Shown here piece by piece: positions 1 through 14,503 of a stretch of DNA of 64,000 nucleotides; the first letter of the stretch is position 1, and every line of letters begins with the position of its first letter. The stretch lies in the NCBI RefSeq assembly GCF_009914755.1, contig NC_060927.1; one strand, given 5' to 3'. Under the pieces are notes generated by a model. That model was not told where the DNA came from, made no database searches, and saw nothing but the letters and a program-made list of their open reading frames with translations. The translations under genes and the position numbers were made by a program. The DNA is from the human T2T-CHM13v2.0 reference genome, Homo sapiens.

Positions 1-561
<561 letters not shown>

Positions 562-1045
562 TAATAGATGATAATATGTGTTTGTCACACAGTAGGTAAT
601 CATTTTATGTTAGAAATTACTGTTGTTTCCATTTCTTTGTCTTTTCTGGGATGTATTATTATTTTTTCTATTGTGCTGTGTGTGCGTGTGTGTGTTTCTT
701 TTTTATTATCATCTCTCTTTCAAGCTAAACTGCCTCCATATGTAGAATGAAGTATGTAGAATGAAGGTAGAGTAAGCAGAATAATTAATTATACGGAGCA
801 TGTGCTCAATGTGCAACCACTCTGTACTGAACATCAGGAGCCCTGCTCACATGCTGCAAAATCCCTCCGGGTCACAATATTCATTTTGTCAGTAAAGCTT
901 ATGCCTGTTTTGAATTGGCAGTCATGCATGGGGAGTGAGCAACAGTGAATTATCCTTGAGCACCTTTTATGTTTTCTTCAATCTGGGTGATGTTAGATAT
1001 GTACAAAATATGGTATCTGACCCTAAAGAGTAAATAATTCAATTT

Positions 1046-1381
1046 AGAGGTCTGCAAGCTTTTACTTTTTTATGTAAAGGACCAGAGAGTAAATATTTGA
1101 GGCTTTGCAGCCCATATGATCTCTGTGGCAATGATTCAACTCTGCTGTTGTAGTGCGAAAGCAGTCATGGACAATACATAAATAAATGAGCATGGCTGTG
1201 CTCCAATGAATATCTATTTATGGACACTGAAATTTGAATTTCATATAATTTTCACATGCCATGAAATACTATTCTACTTTTGATTGTTTTCAACAACTCA
1301 AAGTTACTTTGTAGTCTGTGGGCCTACAAAAATAGATAACAGACTACATTTGGCCTGTGGTCCATAAGTTATCAACCTCCG
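1046..1381 (+). mobile_element. MER58B-like hAT-Charlie non-autonomous DNA transposon
   Basis: GTAAAGGACCAGAGAGTAAATATTT...GTAGTGCGAAAGCAG...GGACACTGAAATTTGAATTTCATATAATTTTCAC matches the recalled MER58 consensus; termini are degenerate. Confidence 0.8.
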
Positions 1382-1803
1382 ACCTAGCTTAAAAAGTGAG
1401 AAAATACTTTGGAAATGTATTGTGACTAAGACATGAAATTTATTGCTATGTTTTGTGGTATGGACTTTACTTAATTTCAGTGATCTAAGGTTATTAATAT
1501 TAATATTAATTCTCTTTTAAGCATGTCACAATGGGGTTTGATAGATCCCTCTACTTTCTACCCCTATCCCTCAGATGATAACTATATAGATAGCTATTAT
1601 TGTCTTCTAGATTGTTATTGTGTTGTTCGTATGAGCCCAGTCTCTAACCTCCAGCTTAAACAATTGGGCTTTTTGTACCCTATAAGAATCTATAAAGAGG
1701 CAATTCTCAGAGTCAATTCCTTTCTGGCAATTATTCAAGGATCTTAAGTAATAGTTATTTCTTGTCCCATAGGGGAGCAACTGAGTGTTAAAACCTAGAT
1801 AGA

Positions 1804-2175
1804 GGCCGGGTGCGGTGGCTCACACCTGTAATCCCAGCACTTTGGGAGGCCGAGGCAGGCGGATCACGAGGTCAAGAGATTGAGACCATCCTGGCCAACA
1901 TGGTGAAACCCCATCTCTACTAAAACTACAAAAATTAGCCGTGCGTGGTGGCGGGCGCCTGTAGTCCCAGCTACTCGGGAGGCTGAGGCAGGAGAATCGC
2001 TTGAACTGGAGAGGCAGAAGTGGTACTGAGCCGAGATGGCGCCACTGCCCTCCAGCCTGGCAACCAGAGCGAGACTCCGTCTCAAAAAAAAAAAAAAAAA
2101 AGCAAAACCATTCAGAATCATTGCAGGTCAGTGTTAAAGATGATGTGAAAAATTAAAACAACAACAACAACAACA
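1804..2175 (+). mobile_element. AluSc-type SINE (1804-2101) plus a 3' unique extension and second A-rich tail, all inside one TSD
   Basis: Starts GGCCGGG; has the Sc motif GGTCAAGAGATTGAGACCATCCTGGCCAACATGG; A18 tail; 14-bp TSD AAAACCTAGATAGA at 1790-1803 and 2176-2189. Confidence 0.92.
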
Positions 2176-2509
2176 AAAACCTAGATAGAAAGAGAAGTGT
2201 ATGGAACATTGTTCTAAGCACTAAAGAAGTACAATTCACAGCCCACAGCCCATCTGGTAGGCTAGTTGCCAATAAATCTCTATGGGTAACTGCAATTCTG
2301 GAAGACATCCACAGCCTTCTAGATACCTTACTACTTTCATTCATCTGACTTGCCAAGACTTTGCAATGCCAATGTTTAGATGTATGATATCATGAGAAGT
2401 AGTATAGGTGTTTGGACAAGTGGTACAAGTTATCATGAAAGAAAACAATTAAATCTAACTGGGATCACTTCTAGTGGAAAGGGTACCTGGGTAAAAGGAA
2501 TGTCCCAGT

Positions 2510-2589
2510 AAGGCGGAGGTTGCAGTGAGATGAGATCGTGCCACTGCACTCCAGCCTGGGTGACAGAGCGAGACTCCGTCTCAAAAAAA

Positions 2590-2620
<31 letters not shown>

Positions 2621-2634
2621 ATAGGAAAAAAATA
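2510..2634 (+). mobile_element. 5'-truncated Alu (3' end of right monomer) with (AAAT)n tail
   Basis: GGCGGAGGTTGCAGTGAG...GAGACTCCGTCTC followed by the tail; TSD AAAAGGAATG(T/C)CCCAGT at 2493-2509 and 2635-2651. Confidence 0.9.
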
Positions 2635-4589
2635 AAAAGGAATGCCCCAGTGCCCCAGTAGATATGAAATAATTTAGAGGTTCCCCACATCCATTTTATT
2701 TTTCAAGCCCAAAAATGCTTTAAAATAAGCTGGCAAAACATGTGTTTGCCTTTTACTTATGAAAATCAGTGTTCATTCACCGTTATAAACTAAAGTTTAC
2801 CTGTTACAGTATGAAAAGCCCTCTTTTTGACATTATCAATTTTAAATTATAGAGACTAAGAAGCATTAATTCATTCTCTAGATTGAGACATTTTTCTCAT
2901 GTTTCCTTTTCCTGTGAAATGAATGCCCGCAAAATTCACTGCCCTAATTTATAATGCTATACAAAGGTTATATCTCATCTATGATGTTTAACTGTAAGCT
3001 ACAATTCTAGAAGGTAAACATCAGTTCAATAAATAAATGACTATTTGAGGTGTACGTATATAATTGGAATATTTGTTGAACATCGGGTGGGTAAACTAAT
3101 TATTTTTAACCACACATGCCACACAGCAAATGGTGTTATTTAATATTTGTTCCTTTTAATTAGTTTTGTATGCTTTTTAAAATTGTTATGCTTAATTTTG
3201 CAATCTAATACAAATCTTTTTTGAAAATAAACAGAGGTATAACAATATAACTAAGAACATAAATTTAATTTTGTACTTCTATACCATTCATCTCTAATGC
3301 CAGATATGAGTATGTGGAACAAGAATATGCCTCATAACAGTGGTAATGTGATCAGTCCAAAAGCCAAAGTCAAAATGCACATACATTTTCTATTTAATAG
3401 GTTTGAAGGCAAAAATCTTTTTTTTCCCAAATGGCTTGTATTTGAATTTAGTCTTTTTTTTTTAATTCCCTTAATATAATTGCCTTCGCACACAGCACAA
3501 TGGCTAATGCCATCACTTATTTTACATTTGTTTTGCTTCCTGTGTTGAATGGACAATCAGTGTTTACGGATTAGCAGCAGTTGTAGTCTTCTGACTTTTA
3601 TTCTTTCAAACTCTTTCAAACTGGCGAATGAGCAGCACTTTATGTTTGTTGCTCTGGCATTCCTGGAGTAGCTAGGACATTCACAGTGTAAACCACTGTT
3701 ATTCATACTATAATAATTCCTTTGCAGTTAAGTCATTACTAGTGATCATAGCAGGCTTGTAGTACAATGCCTTATTTGGGAATGTCATGTGAGATGCCCA
3801 CAGCAATACAAAAAATAAAGGCCAACTTGTCTGGCTGAGGAGGGATTTATCACTAGCCCTCTGGCAGAGGAGTCTTTTGGGAAGTATTATGTGCTCCTGT
3901 GGGGTGGATTATATGATCTGAAATGGAGCAGGTGCTCTGAGCCTCAAAGTAAAGGTGCTATGAAAACCCAGCCACATGCCATTTCTTTTATAATTTATCA
4001 AAATTCCAATTGTATTTTCTCTATGCACAAAGCTTTAGCAGAAATTATTTTTCTAATTAAAATATTGACCAATGTGAGCATAAATAAGCAAAAAACACAA
4101 AGAAACTGTGGAAATTTCTCTAGACCCCTCTCCCTACTTACCTTCCTGCTTAAAAGCAAACTCAAAAGGCAAATTCACTTTTTCAACTACAAATCTTGTT
4201 CTCAGTGTCTGTAACTTGCTGTGAGAGCATTCCTTTTCAAACAGCTGTTTCAAAGGAGACGTAGGATGAGGGCTTTTCATTGTCAATCCCAAGGGCCTCA
4301 AGACTTTAATATAGGCTGCCCTAGTGATGAATTTAACACCTTTTCTACTCCAGGCCTAAGCCCCATCTTAAGAGAGAATTTGGAATTTTTAAAGAAGTGG
4401 CTCCAAATAAAGAAAAGCAGCAGAGGGAAAGAGAGCAAAAGTGAAAGTTCCAGAACTATCTCATGAACGACCTCAAGTCACTTTTCCCTGTGTGTTTATG
4501 TGTGCATGCCTTTACTATTTTAATTAAAAGGAAATAATAATACCCTATCCAGTGAGTGCTAAGAGAAGAAATTATTATTCAGAACCAAA

Positions 4590-4730
4590 ATTTGTATAGC
4601 ATTGTACTGCTTACAAATCTAACATCTGTATATTTGACCCTCACACACACATGATGAGATGTGGTAAGAATGGACGTAAGTGAGAAAACAAAGCATAACA
4701 GAGATTAAGTGAATAAGCTAAGATCACATT
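4590..4730 (-). mobile_element. Degenerate MIR fragment
   Basis: Core-like GAGAAAACAAAGCATAACAGAGATTAAGTGAATAAGCTAAGATCACA. Confidence 0.45.
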
Positions 4731-5177
4731 ATATATACATGTTAGTTTTTTCTTTAACTAAATAGCCAGTGTTCCTTTCAATACACCTAACATGCAATAT
4801 CAAATTTTTAAGTTATTTCAAAAGAAAAAAGGCTTAAATACAAACTAAAAGCTCTTTCTAGTGCAAAATAATGTTTTTTGAATTTTCTTAGTTGCAAGAA
4901 CTGGCAAAAATATTTATAACATCCTCCAAACTGCTTGCTCTAGAGAACAAACTAGAAAATTCTACAGGCTTTCTGAGGAACTCAAGAAAAAAACAAGGTT
5001 ATTTTCCCACCCTGTGGAGTTGCCAGATTTTTGATTCAGATAATTTTTAAACTTCTGAATAAGCATGAAAATAAAGATCCAATTAATAATGTTGACAAGA
5101 ATTGGAGTGATGGTACCAACCACAGTCACTCAGACCTGCGGTGCTAATATGCCATAATCTTGTGCTACATTTCTGCT

Positions 5178-5692
5178 CTGTAGTATATGCCCTCCAAAGA
5201 TGTCTATATCCTAATCTCTGAAACCTGTAAATATTCTACCTTATAAAGCAAAAAGGAATTTGCTGATGCATCTAAGGTAAAGACCCAAAGGTGAGAACCT
5301 CATCTCAAATTATTCTGTTCGGCCAAATCTGAGTTCTTAAAAGCAGAGGACCTTTCCCTGCTGGGTCAGAGATAGAGATTCAACAATTGAAGAAGGGTCA
5401 GAAAGATGTGAAGTTTGTGGCTTTTACGATGGAAGAAGAGGCCTAAGAGCCAAAAAATGAGTGAGGGCGGGCTTTAGAAGCTACAAAAGATAAGGAACTG
5501 TATTATCCTTTAGAGACTAGAAAGAAGGCAGCCCTGTGGACATCTTGAGTTTAGCACAGTGAGACCTGTGTCAGACTTTGAACTATAAAACTACAAGATA
5601 ATCAACTTGTGTTGTTCTAAGCAATGATATTTGTGGTAGTTTGCTATAACAAAAATTAAAGAAATAAAATAAAAAAATAAATAAACTAATAT
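5178..5692 (+). mobile_element. MLT1D-like ERVL-MaLR solo LTR
   Basis: CCCTCCAAAGATGTCTATATCCTAATCTCTGAAACCTGTAAATAT near the start; CTACAAGATAATCAACTTGTGTTGTTCTAAGC...TTTGTGGTAGTTTGCTATAAC near the end. Confidence 0.8.
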
Positions 5693-6125
5693 ATGCTTTC
5701 TATTTTTTTAAATCTCAGACCCTACTGGTTTGAAAATCTTTAATGTTGTAAGTTGTATCTTGTTATTTTGAGCAGAATTCAGACATTGATTCAGAAACAT
5801 AATATGGAAAGTACACATGTATATAAATTATAAGCAGATTATAAACACTTATCATTGATTCAACCTGAGTTTATTACCATAATTGCTTATTTTACCCGAA
5901 TTTTTATACTATCCTATGATGAAGTTGTGATTCCATAGGTGATTTTTATATCATGTCGACTCCGGGAATGGAAAGATTTGATTGAATAAATGTTATATTC
6001 ATTTGATGACTAACATTTTGTTTGGCAATTAATATTTCTTTTCACGGAATTGGATGAATATATTTTTTAAACAAGCAATGATTTTGACATTAAACATATT
6101 GCTTCTATAGAAGTGCCAAAATTGG

Positions 6126-6448
<323 letters not shown>

Positions 6449-8649
6449 TCATAGTAACATGATAGAAAGATGTGTGGAATAGTATGGTTTGTTGGTCACT
6501 GTATTTGAATTAAGTATGGCTTCTGTAATATAATGGACTTCTGTTTTGAAATTCTTGAAAAGCCTCTCATGTGAGGATTTTAATAAAGAAGATGTACCTG
6601 TTATTTGGCTTTTCTGTGTTACTTTTTGACAAACTTGCATAACACTGAGAATAACATTGAAAATCGTTGATGAAATGAGAAGTTGCTGTTACATTCGTAG
6701 TTAATGTTGTGTATCATGTTTATGGTGAATTTTCTGTCTTCACATATGCTTGATTTGGCTGGCTCAATGGTTACATGTCATTCTTGATCCATTTCAGTCC
6801 TGCTTTAAGACAATAATGAAGTCTTTATTTTACATGTCACATTTTCAGCAATATATACAAACACATGAAAGGATTTGTTCCGGAACATTGAAATATTACC
6901 AATATTCCTCTCACTTACTCCTTACACTGATGAAATTCACAAAACATGTGACACAACTAACTGCTCCTGGCAAATATATATATGTTTAAGAAAACTATTG
7001 CTTAATTTTTTTTTAATACTGGAATTACTATGGCATGGTCTATAACCTCAATTTAGAGTTCAAGTTACTCCATGGACTCACTTGCCTTTCGTGTTTCAAC
7101 AAGTTATTTTTTTTTAATTTTATCTGAAGTGTCCATAATTTGGGGAATTATTTTATAGTAACTAAATTCATAAAACTCATTTGTAAATTAGAATGTCAAT
7201 AAATTAATGCACACTGAGAAATGTGTTACCTTATAATCTGAAACAATGAAATTGACTAGTTGAAGGTTTCTCACCTCTGAAGTAAGGGATGGTTGAGAGA
7301 GAAATCTAATCCATATGAGAAGCCTGTTTTAGCTAACCAGTTTATTCTTCTGCACTGACAATGTCTTTTGAGATTTTTCTGGTGTAATCTCCCACATTGA
7401 GATAATGACTACTATGTCCAAAGATGTCAAACCCAGAGTATCTAGGAAGGACAATGTAAACAATGTTGGCATTAAATATTTCTGGTGCCTGACTTTTTAC
7501 AAATAACCAAGTGAATAATCCATTCAGAGTTAATCAAGAGTTGAATGAAAATGAACTATTATAAGAACTTGACATTGAAACAGATTTAAATAACTTCTAA
7601 TGGGCAATTCACTGAGCAAAGCATAGATTATGGAATATAATAATATAATCTTTTAAATATTCTTTAAAAATATTTCTGAGATGTAAATATATTAAAATCA
7701 AGCCTCGTGATCATGCTGTTGATATTAGTAATTAAAGCATTTATATTTGTATATTGAATTGTCCAAGATCATACAAACTGTTAATCTAAATCTATGTCCA
7801 AAGCTCTTCCAATTACACCTAAAATAAAATAAATAAAAATTAAAACTGTTTAATCTTAATACCCAGTATCAGTGCACTAGGATAGGCTGGCATACCTGTC
7901 TCCACCTGCCCTAAAGGTGGATTGAAACACTTTCTTGCACAACATGTGAGCTAAGTCTGGTCGGTTGCTTTTTCATGTTCTAGATTTCATGAACATGTAT
8001 CTATTTAATATATTGCCACACTAACTTTAAATGTAATGTGGTACCACTGATTTGTTTATACCTTACCTCATACAGTTTTATTTTACTCTTGCTAACATGA
8101 GATGCTGTAGAAAGTTTAATTTTCTCAATCTATTGTCAGTTATGCCTTCTTGTGATTATAATAGTCTCATGCTCTTATTGCCTCTAAAACACCAATAGGT
8201 GATATTTTACTCTTTCCCCATTCCCCTGCTTTTAGTCATAATATTACAACATGCCCCCAACAGCCACAAATATATTTTGAAGCTGTAATTTTTCTATAGC
8301 CAAATTTCCAAGATAAATATTTTGGAAACATAAAATGATAATATTAAACCACTCACACACACTTGCCATCTTCTGCCAGCACTCATTGGGTTCCCTGAAG
8401 TCCCTTGATGGGATTTGTAAAGTGGTCTAGTCCTACCAGCAGCTCTTTTGCAACTATTAGCGTCAGCTAGCTACCATATTGAGAGCTTATTGTGCATAAT
8501 ATTACATATAAAAAACATCACATGTATTTGGTTTATTTTAAAAGGAAAGAACTAAAAGATCTAGAAATATTAATTAGTATGCCAAAGCTACCAAGTAGCA
8601 GAGTCAATTTGGACCTCAGGAAGTTCTATCCGCTTGTGGCTTCAAAGTT

Positions 8650-9160
8650 CACCTCACTTACTCCTGCCCTCCTCCCCTTTAGCACCCCCTACATCCAGCC
8701 AGGTGACCTTCATGCCTTAAATGCAACAGGCATTGTCCTGCCTTTTCTAGTCCATTCTTTCTGCCTAGAATGCTCTTTCTTCAGACACTAGGATGGTGAA
8801 TAGCCTTATCTCCTCCAAATTTTTGTTCAAATAGTCCTTTTCCATGATACTAAATACACACCCTATTTAAATTGCAACTTTGCCCCGTCCCCCACATCCT
8901 GGCACTCCCAATACCCTGTTTCTTATTCTTCATTCATAGCTGTTATCACTATATGCTTTTTTACCCACATTGGTCTAATATAGTTTAAGTTCCATAAGGG
9001 GAGTTTTCTGTTTTATTCTTTGGAGAGGAATCTGTTTTGGAAGGGAGTTTTCTCTTTTATTCTTGGAGGGGAATCTGTATTGTTTACTTATGTATACCAA
9101 ATGCCTAAGGCACATAATAGTCACTCAATAAATGTTTGTTGGATGAATGAATACATGAAT
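8650..9160 (+). mobile_element. L2 (L2a-like) 3' end
   Basis: Internal TCTGCCTAGAATGCTCTT; terminal CTCAATAAATGTTTGTTGGATGAATGAAT. Confidence 0.75.
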
Positions 9161-10089
9161 AATGATCCCTGCCCCCTTTTCTCTATGTTCTTTCTGATAT
9201 TCTAAAATCCAATGAAAAGTTTTACAACTGTCTTCATAAAGAAATCTTCACATGGATTCGTTTTTTCTCTCACTAATTAGGAAGCATCTAAACACAGTGA
9301 TGTCACCTATCTTTTTTTCCATACTGAAAATAAGAATGACAATTAGAGTTTCTGCATTAACCTTCTGTGAGCCAGGGTCTTGTGAGTATGTCTTGACATT
9401 TTGGGGGGGTTGAAAATGGCTAATTGTGGTTTATATAAAGGGAATTGAAAGAGAATACACTGATGGTACAAACATTACAGAAAACAAATGTGACTACATT
9501 ATTCCACAGTTGCAGATTGAACCTAACCATAGTCAGTTGCTCACATAAGTGTATGTGAAAATTCAGGAAGAATTCTGCCTGAAGTATTGAAAGAATTCTG
9601 CAAAATATTAAAAGAATCTTATAAAAACTTGTGTAGACAGTGTGGGATGGACCTGTACCTCTTCATCACAAATGTGTAAACTCCAAGCTTCTATTTCTCT
9701 AAATATAGTAATTATTTTCCATATGAATTGTAGAAATTTAGTGTGATATTATTTGATACAATGTAGGACCTGTATTCCCTGTGATCGCCAAAAGATATGG
9801 ATTACTTCTCTGCATCCTATTGAGCACTGACTGCTAATAAATCATTTGAGATTTTACGGCCATGTAGAATCACTTAATTCAGGGTGCTGTTAATCAATAT
9901 GAATATGATTAAATATTTTCTCTAATATGGGTTCATTAATAATTTCTTCAAGATTATTTTCATTCCATAAAAGTGACAGAATTTTACTTCTTATTTTACA
10001 ACTATAGTAGACATCTGTTACTTATTGGTCACCCGGCTTTAGAAGCATTTCTTAGGATTGAGAAATTCACTCCCCACAGTAGAACTTCA

Positions 10090-10500
10090 AAGTGTCAACA
10101 GTGACATTCCCAGATGCTCTTGCAATAAAGATTCAGGCACATCATCTAGATTTTTGCCAGTCAGAGTCCTTCATCCCAGACCTTGAAATTAAACCAATAA
10201 CCAGGAGACTCAGAGTCAACAATGGAATTCTTCTTGATGCTGAGGAGCAGAGGCAGCAAAGACAGCATCTGGTTTTCAAAGGTAGTCGTAGTATCAGGCT
10301 TAGCCCTGGAGTCAAGCTGGCAGGGTGGGCAATGTGAATGGCAGTATTCAGAGACAGTGGTAGTGACTGTGGTGTCACTACCAGTTTCTCAATGATGTTC
10401 GGTGAATAGCCTTCAAGCTTTGTTCTCTGGCCTTTCCCATGATTTCTAGAGCTACCCCATGCCTTCTCAATAATTTTTCTTAAGTTTCTGTTTCTTTTTC
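10090..10500 (+). mobile_element. Old ERVL-type LTR remnant (LTR33/LTR16-like)
   Basis: CATTCCCAGATGCTCTTGCAA and a 3' GAGCTACCCCATGCCTTCTCAATAATTT; weak recall match only. Confidence 0.35.
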
Positions 10501-11019
10501 TTAAAAACCTAGTTTCTAATAAATATTAGATTAAATATTAGATTCTAATAAATATTTACTAGAACATAATCATTAACATAAAACAGTGATAAATTCATAC
10601 TTCCATGTACTAAAATATTTGTAACCTATATTTATGCCACATCCAACATCTTAAATCACTTCTAATTTTACTATTTATTTAATATTTAAACATAACCTAG
10701 TAAAATTAAATGAGCAAAGCAATGTACAAATGATGTAATCTGTAATTATCAGTCTTATTGTTGTCACCAGTATAATTGTGGAGCAAGTTACAGTCTTTAT
10801 ACAAGTTTCGTAAACAAAAAAATTCTATTAGGTAATCTGAATTTAATTTCTATAAGTGTGATCACCTCTAATAGTGTACACAACTAGATTCTATTGTCTG
10901 CAAATATTAAGCCTTTAAAATAGTGGGGAGAATACTAACTGGGACTCAGGAAATTCTTTTTAAAATATTTTCATACTTCATTCTATAAACCAAACATTCC
11001 TTCTGACGAAAGGTCTTAG

Positions 11020-11290
11020 AGAAGTGCAATTGGATTATTTGTAACTCAAAGGATGAATGCCTGGGGGGATGAATACCCCATTTCCCCATGATGTGTTCAT
11101 TTCACATTGCATGCCTATATCAAGACATCTCACATGCCATGTATATATAATATATATACATTTTATATATATATTATATATTTAATATATATATTATATA
11201 TACATTTTATATATATATACACACACACCATATATATACATATATATAATATACCTGCTTTGTACTCGCAAAAATTAAAAATAAAAAATT
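11020..11290 (+). mobile_element. L1MA1-3-type 3' end fragment with an internal (TA)n expansion
   Basis: GGATTATTTGTAACTCAAAGGATGAATGCC...GCAAAAATTAAAAATAAAAA; TA-rich tract at about 11140-11252. Confidence 0.8.
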
Positions 11291-13299
11291 TTAATCTATA
11301 AATTTCCCATAAAACTGACATCAACAAAGTGGGCTTGATACACAGTATTAAAAGTATTTTCCATTTAAAGTAACAATATGTGAAGCAATATTGTAAAATA
11401 TTAAAATGTATTATTCTACTGTTTGTTATATAAAAGTCTTCTGTATTGATCTACAAACTTTTTGAAAAATATTTTCTATTTTAAAATTAAAACACTTTAA
11501 AATAAATTAATTCAATAGGATGAATCGTTTTCTTCCATGACAATGTCAGTTGTGCAGTAAAAGTCAGTACACAGGACTGAATGTGACATATTTTTGGAGT
11601 AGTTCCTTTTGAATTTTCCACATCTTAAAACTCAAACCATCTTTTACAAACATGTCAGAAAGCTGCCATATAATAGACATGAGTTACAGATTAAAACGTA
11701 TATGTGGATAACAATAGAGACCTAGATATAGGTATATTATTTATCTGTACACACTTGGGTAACTTTCACTGAAATTAAGTCTATTATTACTATCAGCGCC
11801 TATGAAAAATACATAAACGGTAATAAATAAATAATTCCTGAGAATTGTTCTGGGGATTTTTTGTGGTCAGCTCTTTATGTGATTCACTTTGTGGCTATAA
11901 ATAGTTTTCTCAAATTGCCATTTGTTTTATTTTTAGTCTTAACATCTAACTGCTAAACTATGGCAACTCCTTTTTCCCCTTGTAGTTGAATAGAAGAAAA
12001 ATTGATATCGAAGGGTGGGTGCTGCTGAACTTTTTTTGACTAAAATTTTTCCTGTTTCAGATTTCACTTTTAATATTAATCTATTTTTCAAAAGCAGATG
12101 CTGATAATTCCCCCACATTGTGCCATGACTTTATGTTATGGAGACAGCCTAATTAGGGATAAAATTAAATCTAATATAATTTTACTTGAATAAGCTCAAA
12201 TAAAATTGACCTCTGAAGAAAGGAATGAAGCTATAAATTAAACTATTGAATCTCACCAAATTATTAACAAAAAAGACACTTGATTGGTGGGCTAATACAT
12301 TTTTCTGATATAAATGAAGACTAAAGATGTGGTTTATTCAATGAGATAGTTGTCGTTATAAAAAAATTTGTGTGTTCAAAGTTTGTTCAAAAATGGTAAA
12401 AAAATACTATTCTAGTGAGGATTGGGGCTTTTATCTTATTTAGTACTATGACAATCTATCACCCTAGCAGGCTTCTTACAGTTTGTTATTAGGCATGGTC
12501 CTCTGCCCCAGATCTCTTCTATTACAAAGCACTCTATGTGATTCTCTTTGGTTAAGAGTTCTGCGGCTAGGATGAGAACCAAAGTGCCTGCTTGGGAGTA
12601 CCATCCCAGCAGTTTTCCATGAAGTAACTACAGATATTATATATATATGATATATTACAAATGTACTTTTCATGAGTATATTAAGTCCTCCAATAGATAA
12701 GTAACATAAATAATCTATTAGTTCTTATCAAAGACTATTAACCCCAAATACCAATTCAGGAACTTTAAAATAAACTTTGAAAGATTTTCACTGGAACAAA
12801 TCATACTATTAGTCTTTAGAAAGCTGATACCTTTTGTACGGCATTAGCTTTCACACTCTTTAAAACATTTATGGTTCTATAAGAATAGTTTATTATTGGT
12901 TTTCGATCTATAATATATATGTGACTTAGAGAGGCATCTTGTAATTGTTGTTTCACAGAATTAACAATTACAGGTTTTAGTTTTTCCACGATAAAGAATG
13001 ACATAAACATATTTCTTTACACACAAAATTAGACTGAAAAACAATCAAGCATTCAAGCTTAGTCAAACAGATTTATTTTAAGAATTAAATAATTGATTAG
13101 TTATAATCCTGACTTCAATTGTTCATTTTTAAAGGCCAGTAGTAATTTTAGTAACTAAAATCAATGTTGAAAGCATTTATTTCTGTATTTTCTAAATATT
13201 TTTTATGAAATAAAAATAAAGAAAAACTGTGATCAACTTACCATGTTTTATGCTTTTCATTGTTTTATTTTTGAGAATATTGCATACATATGTTTTAAT

Positions 13300-14503
13300 T
13301 TTAATTTTTTTCAGCTTTATGAATTTATAATTGAAAAATAAAAATTATATTTATGGTATAAAATGTAATGTTTTGATATATGGACACATTGTGAAATGAT
13401 TAAACTAATAAACATATTTGTTGCCATACATGTGTATTGCTATTATATGATGAGAACATTTAAAATCTAATCTCTTAGTACTTCTCAAGTATACAATACA
13501 TTACTATCAACTATAGTCACCAAGCTGTCCCATAAATCTCCAGAGCTTATTCATTGTGTCTAACTGAAACTTCGTCTCTTTGACCAACATATTCCCATTA
13601 CCCATCCCTCCTACCCTCCTCTCCTAGCCTTTGGCAACCACCATTCTATTCTCTGCTTCATGAGTCTGACATTTTTAGATTTCACATATGAGTGAGATCA
13701 CGCAATATTTGTCTTTCTGTGCCTGGCTTATTTCACTTAGCCTAATGTCCTTCAGGTTCTTTCATGTTGCCTCAAATGACAGAATTTTTTTTCTCAGGTT
13801 GAGTAATATGTCATTGCATATATAAACATAGACACACACACACACACACACAATTTTCTGTACCCATTCATCTATTAATAAACACTTGGATTTATCCCAT
13901 ATAGTTACCATGAATAATGCTGCAGATGTCTCTCTGACATATTAATTTTATTACCTTTAGATATATATTTTAAAAGTGTGATTGCAGAATGATACAATAG
14001 ATCTATTTTAATTTTTTTGAAGATGCTCTGTTTTCCATAATGGCTGTACTAATTAACATTCCCACCAATAATATACAAACTTCCCCTTCTTTCTACGCCT
14101 TTGCCAACAACTGTAATCTTTCCTGATTTTGATAATAGTTATTCTAACAAGTGTGAGATGATATCTTATTATGGTTTTAATTTCCATTTCCCTGATGATT
14201 TGTGACGTTGAAGATTTTTCTGTATACCTATTGGTCATTTGTACTTCTTCTTTTGAAGACCTGTCTATTCAACTTCTTAGCCTATTTTTAAATCAGTTGT
14301 TTACTTGCTATTGAGTTGTTTGAGTTCCCTATATATATAGTATATTAGCCTATTATAAGATCTATGATTTGCAGATGCCATTTATTTATTTGTGATTTTG
14401 TTGCTTGTACTCTTAAGCTCTTATCCAAAACAGTTTTGTCAAGACTAATATCAAGGAGCTCTTCTTCTATGTTTTCTTTTCTAGTAGTTTTACAGTTTCA
14501 GGT
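13300..14503 (-). mobile_element. Old L1MA (L1MA8/9-like): 3' UTR and end of ORF2, the non-inverted part of a twin-primed element
   Basis: Antisense L1 3' motifs (GAGAACATTTAAAATCTA, GAGTGAGATCACGCAATATTTGTCTTTCTGTGCCTGGCTTATTTCACTTAG). The supplied ORF 14053-14238 (-) reads IREMEIKTIIRYHLTLVR, an ORF2 C-terminal segment. Confidence 0.85.

Noticed and set aside
739-766. 14-bp tandem duplication, plus similar micro-duplications near 3603, 16766 and 31062
   Set aside because: Ordinary slippage events.
2102-2154. Possible C/D snoRNA fragment in the Alu extension
   Set aside because: No proper RUGAUGA...CUGA arrangement on either strand.
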